Made by a program: the position numbers and the translations under genes. A DNA stretch of 63,604 nucleotides, taken from the NCBI GenBank assembly GCA_012520525.1, contig JAAYOA010000032.1, forward strand, positions 1 to 63,604. Direction: 5' to 3'. Shown piece after piece: positions 60,664 to 63,604 of this stretch (within the stretch, counting starts at the first letter, position 1; the number at the start of each line of letters is the position of its first letter). Source of the DNA: Clostridiaceae bacterium (GTDB lineage Bacteria > Bacillota > Clostridia > Saccharofermentanales > Fastidiosipilaceae). The notes under the pieces were generated by a model. It did not search any database, was not told where the DNA came from, and was given only the letters and a program-made list of their open reading frames with translations.

Positions 60664-61698
60664 ATGTTACATAGAAGTATTGTACCAAAACCTGATTTTA
60701 AAAATAGTGAATGGTCTTCAATTGTATTGGCCGGTGGCTGTTTTTGGGGCGTGGAGGCTTGGTTCAAACGGATTCGTGGAGTCTTGGAAACTGAGTGTGG
60801 TTACGCCAACGGTAAGACAGATCAGACTACCTACCGTAAACTTGCCAGTACCGATCACAGCGAGGCCGTTGCTATATGGTATGATCCCATTATCTTATCT
60901 TTAGATGACCTTTTGGATCTATTTTTACAAATTATCGATCCCTATAGTTTGAATCGTCAAGGCAACGATGTCGGTCGCCAGTATCGGACAGGCATTTATT
61001 ACTTAAATGAAGAGGACAGAGATATTGCACTCGCAAAATTAGCTGCTCTGGAAACCTTCTCGGACAGAACCGTGGCCGTCGAAGTTGAACCACTAAAAAA
61101 TTATGTTAAAGCCGAAGAGGATCACCAGGATTATTTAACTAAAAATCCTCGCGGCTACTGCCATATAGACATCAACGCTATACCCGAAGAATGGTTAAAA
61201 CCCGTTTTCTCTAAAGTGACCCAAGAATCGAGCAATTGGCAAGACCGAGAAGCCGAACAACCAGATTTGACGCGCCACGTCATGTTAAATTCCGGCACAG
61301 AGCGACCCTTTTCTAGTCCCTTGGATCAGGAATTCGCTCCTGGGCTTTATGTCGACCGCATTACCGGTGCCCCTCTTTTCCTTTCAGCGACAAAATTTTC
61401 GGCGGGCTGTGGTTGGCCGTCCTTCGCCCTGCCTATTGACGACTCGGTAACCTACCACGAAGACCTTTCACATGGTAGGCATCGCATCGAAGTAAGAAGT
61501 AAACAAGGGGATTATCACCTCGGTCACGTCTTTAACGACGGTCCTGCTGACATGGGAGGTTTGCGCTATTGCATAAATGGTGCCGCTCTGGAATTTATCC
61601 CTTATGAGGAATTAGCAGACAAGGGCTATGAAGATTATATTCCCCTGATAAAGCCCTACTATGATCTCATGCAATCCTTGTCTTCAGAAGAAAAATAA
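60664..61698 (+). CDS. msrAB: bifunctional peptide-methionine (S)- and (R)-sulfoxide reductase MsrA-MsrB fusion
   Basis: MsrA GGCFWG at the N-terminus. MsrB GCGWPSF and RYCINGAAL in the C-terminal half. Confidence 0.95.
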   Translation: MLHRSIVPKPDFKNSEWSSIVLAGGCFWGVEAWFKRIRGVLETECGYANGKTDQTTYRKLASTDHSEAVAIWYDPIILSLDDLLDLFLQIIDPYSLNRQGNDVGRQYRTGIYYLNEEDRDIALAKLAALETFSDRTVAVEVEPLKNYVKAEEDHQDYLTKNPRGYCHIDINAIPEEWLKPVFSKVTQESSNWQDREAEQPDLTRHVMLNSGTERPFSSPLDQEFAPGLYVDRITGAPLFLSATKFSAGCGWPSFALPIDDSVTYHEDLSHGRHRIEVRSKQGDYHLGHVFNDGPADMGGLRYCINGAALEFIPYEELADKGYEDYIPLIKPYYDLMQSLSSEEK

Positions 61699-61864
61699 AG
61701 TCATTTCGTGATTGGCGACCTTGCGTCGAAAAATGATCACCAGAACCAAAATAGCTGTAGTCAATCTCAACAGTATGATCTAAATTCAGATCAGCCCGCG
61801 TCTGTTCTCAGCGACAGCCGCGGGTTTCTACTTTTAAAAGCACGTCTTTAGAGACCACATCAAT

Positions 61865-62608
61865 TTAAATAATAAATCCTTGAGACTGAAGCTCCTCCAG
61901 CAATGTAGAGTGATCGGGAAATGTTTGGCTCATGTGCTTATATACCTTTTTAGAAAATGCAGCATCCTGGCGACCTGGTTCACATTGGTCGTAATAGTGT
62001 TCCAGCTCGACATCAAAATCATTCAATTCACTTATATTTTCAAAGGGATCTTTGTATTCATTTTCAAAGACCCTAAATTCTCGAGGCAGCCTAGGTTTTA
62101 AAAGTACTTCACGAGCAGGATAGCCAAAGCCCAAGCCAATAGCTGGAAATGTTAATTCCGGCAAGCCCAAAATCTCGCAGGTTCCCTTGTAATCTCTGGC
62201 AATAGCACCTAAAAAGACGCCACCCATGCCTAAGGATTCCACCGCTGTCAAAACATTCTGTGCCGCTATGCAGGCATCGATATAACCTTGCATAAAGCGA
62301 TCCAAAGTAGCACCAGCCTGACCAATGTAACCTTGTTGTCTGGCAATTTCCAAATTGCGTCGACAGTCGACCAGAAAAATCCATAGTTCGGGCATAGCTG
62401 CGACGTTGGACTGGCGCATAATGTCGGCAAGGCTACGCCGTTTTTCCTGATCTGTCACTCTAATTATGCTCCATGCCTGCATATGCATATGAGTAGACGT
62501 GCGAAGTGCAACCTCCACCAAGGTGTCTATGATATCAGCAGATACTGCTTTGTCGGTAAATATGCGATGTGATCGATGATTTAATTGATGTTCAATAGTC
62601 TGATTCAT
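61865..62608 (-). CDS. NfsA-like FMN nitroreductase family protein
   Basis: Nitroreductase fold blocks (HRSHRIFTDK, MQAWSIIRVTD, AAQNVL.AVESLGMGGV). 247 aa. AGGAGG RBS. Confidence 0.85.
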   Translation of the reverse strand: MNQTIEHQLNHRSHRIFTDKAVSADIIDTLVEVALRTSTHMHMQAWSIIRVTDQEKRRSLADIMRQSNVAAMPELWIFLVDCRRNLEIARQQGYIGQAGATLDRFMQGYIDACIAAQNVLTAVESLGMGGVFLGAIARDYKGTCEILGLPELTFPAIGLGFGYPAREVLLKPRLPREFRVFENEYKDPFENISELNDFDVELEHYYDQCEPGRQDAAFSKKVYKHMSQTFPDHSTLLEELQSQGFII

Positions 62609-62679
62609 AGTGATTAATTCCTCCTCGAAATTCTAGCTACATACAGGCGATGATCCAAAAGGTTGTCGCCAATGTCACT

Positions 62680-62795
62680 ATATAAAAGGCCGCGACGACT
62701 CATCCAGCCTATTTTATTCCTTCCCCATGAGCAAGTAAACTTGCATCTACTCCCCCTGGCAAGGCCCTTCGTTAAGCTGTATAAACATCACGGCC
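62680..62795 (-). other. candidate structured 5' leader element upstream of the nitroreductase
   Basis: In the minus-strand RNA, GGCCGUGAUG (62786-62795) can pair with CGUCGCGGCC (62688-62697; 10 bp including 2 G-U pairs). This helix encloses 88 nt containing further helices (CAGCUU/AGGCUG, GCAAG-UUUA-CUUGC). It is followed directly by UUUUAUAU. Confidence 0.3.
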
Positions 62796-62898
62796 TGATT
62801 TAGTTTTCGCGACTCAATCCGACACTGTGTCTACAGTTATCTTTGTGTCACAGTAATTCTATTTTAAATATTAGTTTCGATAAAGATAAATGCCTATT

Positions 62899-63604
62899 TT
62901 AATCGGTGCGGAAACCTTGATCTTTCAAGTGTTGCAAAAATGACGATTCTTCGGAATAAACATTTTCCATTAAGTTAAGTAACATGTCTGTAAATGGTCC
63001 CTCGGGTTGATTGGGTCGACGTTGGTCACAATACTGACTCATAGCCTCGTCATATGCCTTAATCGCTTCCGGTCCATCAAAATCATCTTTATACGTGTTT
63101 TCAAAGACGCGGAATTCACGGGGCAGACGCGGTTTCACTACCCAATCTTCAGCAGGATAACCGAAGCCTAAACCGACAACGGGGAATGTCATTTGTGGCA
63201 AATCTAATAATTCACAGGTTTTCTTGTAGTCCCTTGAGATAGAACCGAAATAGACGCCACCCATACCGAGGGATTCCACTGCGTTTAATACATTTTGAGC
63301 CGCCATACAGGCATCTATATAACCTTGCATGAAGCGATCCATCGTGTTGGCAGCTTGACCTGTATAGCCCATTCCCTCAACAATTTTGAAATTGCGGTGA
63401 CAGTCAACCAAGAAAATCCACAACTCTGATACTTCGACTATATAAGGCTGCTTATTGATTTTAAAAAATTGTTGTCTTAAATCAGGATCCGTCACTCTAA
63501 TGATGCTCCAAGCTTGCATATGCATATGAGAAGCAGTTTGTAACGCTACGTCGATCAACAAATCAACGGTCTCTTGAGGCACTTCTTTATCTGCGATATA
63601 TTTA
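62899..63604 (-). CDS. NfsA-like FMN nitroreductase, tandem paralogue; N-terminus beyond window edge
   Basis: The frame stays open to the window end beyond the track's internal Met. Shares HMHMQAWSIIRVTD, ELWIFLVDC, DRFMQGYIDAC.AAQNVL.AVESLGMGGV and KPRLPREFRVFEN with the neighbour. Confidence 0.85.
   Translation of the reverse strand, partial: KYIADKEVPQETVDLLIDVALQTASHMHMQAWSIIRVTDPDLRQQFFKINKQPYIVEVSELWIFLVDCHRNFKIVEGMGYTGQAANTMDRFMQGYIDACMAAQNVLNAVESLGMGGVYFGSISRDYKKTCELLDLPQMTFPVVGLGFGYPAEDWVVKPRLPREFRVFENTYKDDFDGPEAIKAYDEAMSQYCDQRRPNQPEGPFTDMLLNLMENVYSEESSFLQHLKDQGFRTD

Noticed and set aside
62700-62760. A GGGGAGUAG string in the nitroreductase leader, reminiscent of the conserved L1 of the yybP-ykoY Mn riboswitch, and a CUGGAUG string reminiscent of the FMN riboswitch 3' end
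   Set aside because: The remaining conserved elements of either class are absent (the four-helix architecture and 3' AGACC-type strand for the Mn class; GGGUGAAAUUCC and the six-stem layout for the FMN class). I kept the region only as an unclassified structured leader.

Overview
This 63.6-kb window is a densely packed chromosomal segment from a low-GC Gram-positive anaerobe. The Clostridia-like signature is AddAB rather than RecBCD, Pta-AckA, desulfoferrodoxin, a fused MsrAB and tandem nitroreductases. I call about 58 CDS, 2 tRNAs (Leu-GAG, Pro-UGG), several consensus sigma-A-type promoters and about a dozen hairpin terminators. The content is overwhelmingly housekeeping: translation (lysS, tyrS, rpsT, rluD, rsuA, tadA, tmcAL, greA), central carbon (pyk, pfk, pta-ackA, GH13/glgX), guaB, addAB, the atp operon and redox defence. 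I found no transposase, integrase, phage gene, CRISPR array or recognisable defence system. The unusual points are architectural. (1) The F1Fo operon lacks atpH, and a delta-C-terminal-domain-like segment is fused to the N-terminus of alpha. (2) A tightly overlapping four-gene operon (SDR, HSL-type esterase, HxxxDG acyltransferase, zinc-ribbon membrane protein) has its acyltransferase split by a roughly 365-aa acidic insertion containing seven 48-bp tandem repeats. (3) An aldehyde-dehydrogenase homologue has lost the catalytic Asn, Glu and Cys. (4) LysRS is fused to a Trbp111/MetRS-C-type tRNA-binding domain. (5) A MarR gene is translationally coupled to an orphan ACP, next to an acyl-AMP ligase and a PlsC-type acyltransferase. 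(6) A small protein carries a histone-H1-like Lys/Thr/Ala tail. (7) A GC-rich, helix-rich 290-nt leader precedes a nitroreductase. All calls come from reading the sequence and ORF translations by eye and from motif memory. No database search was run.
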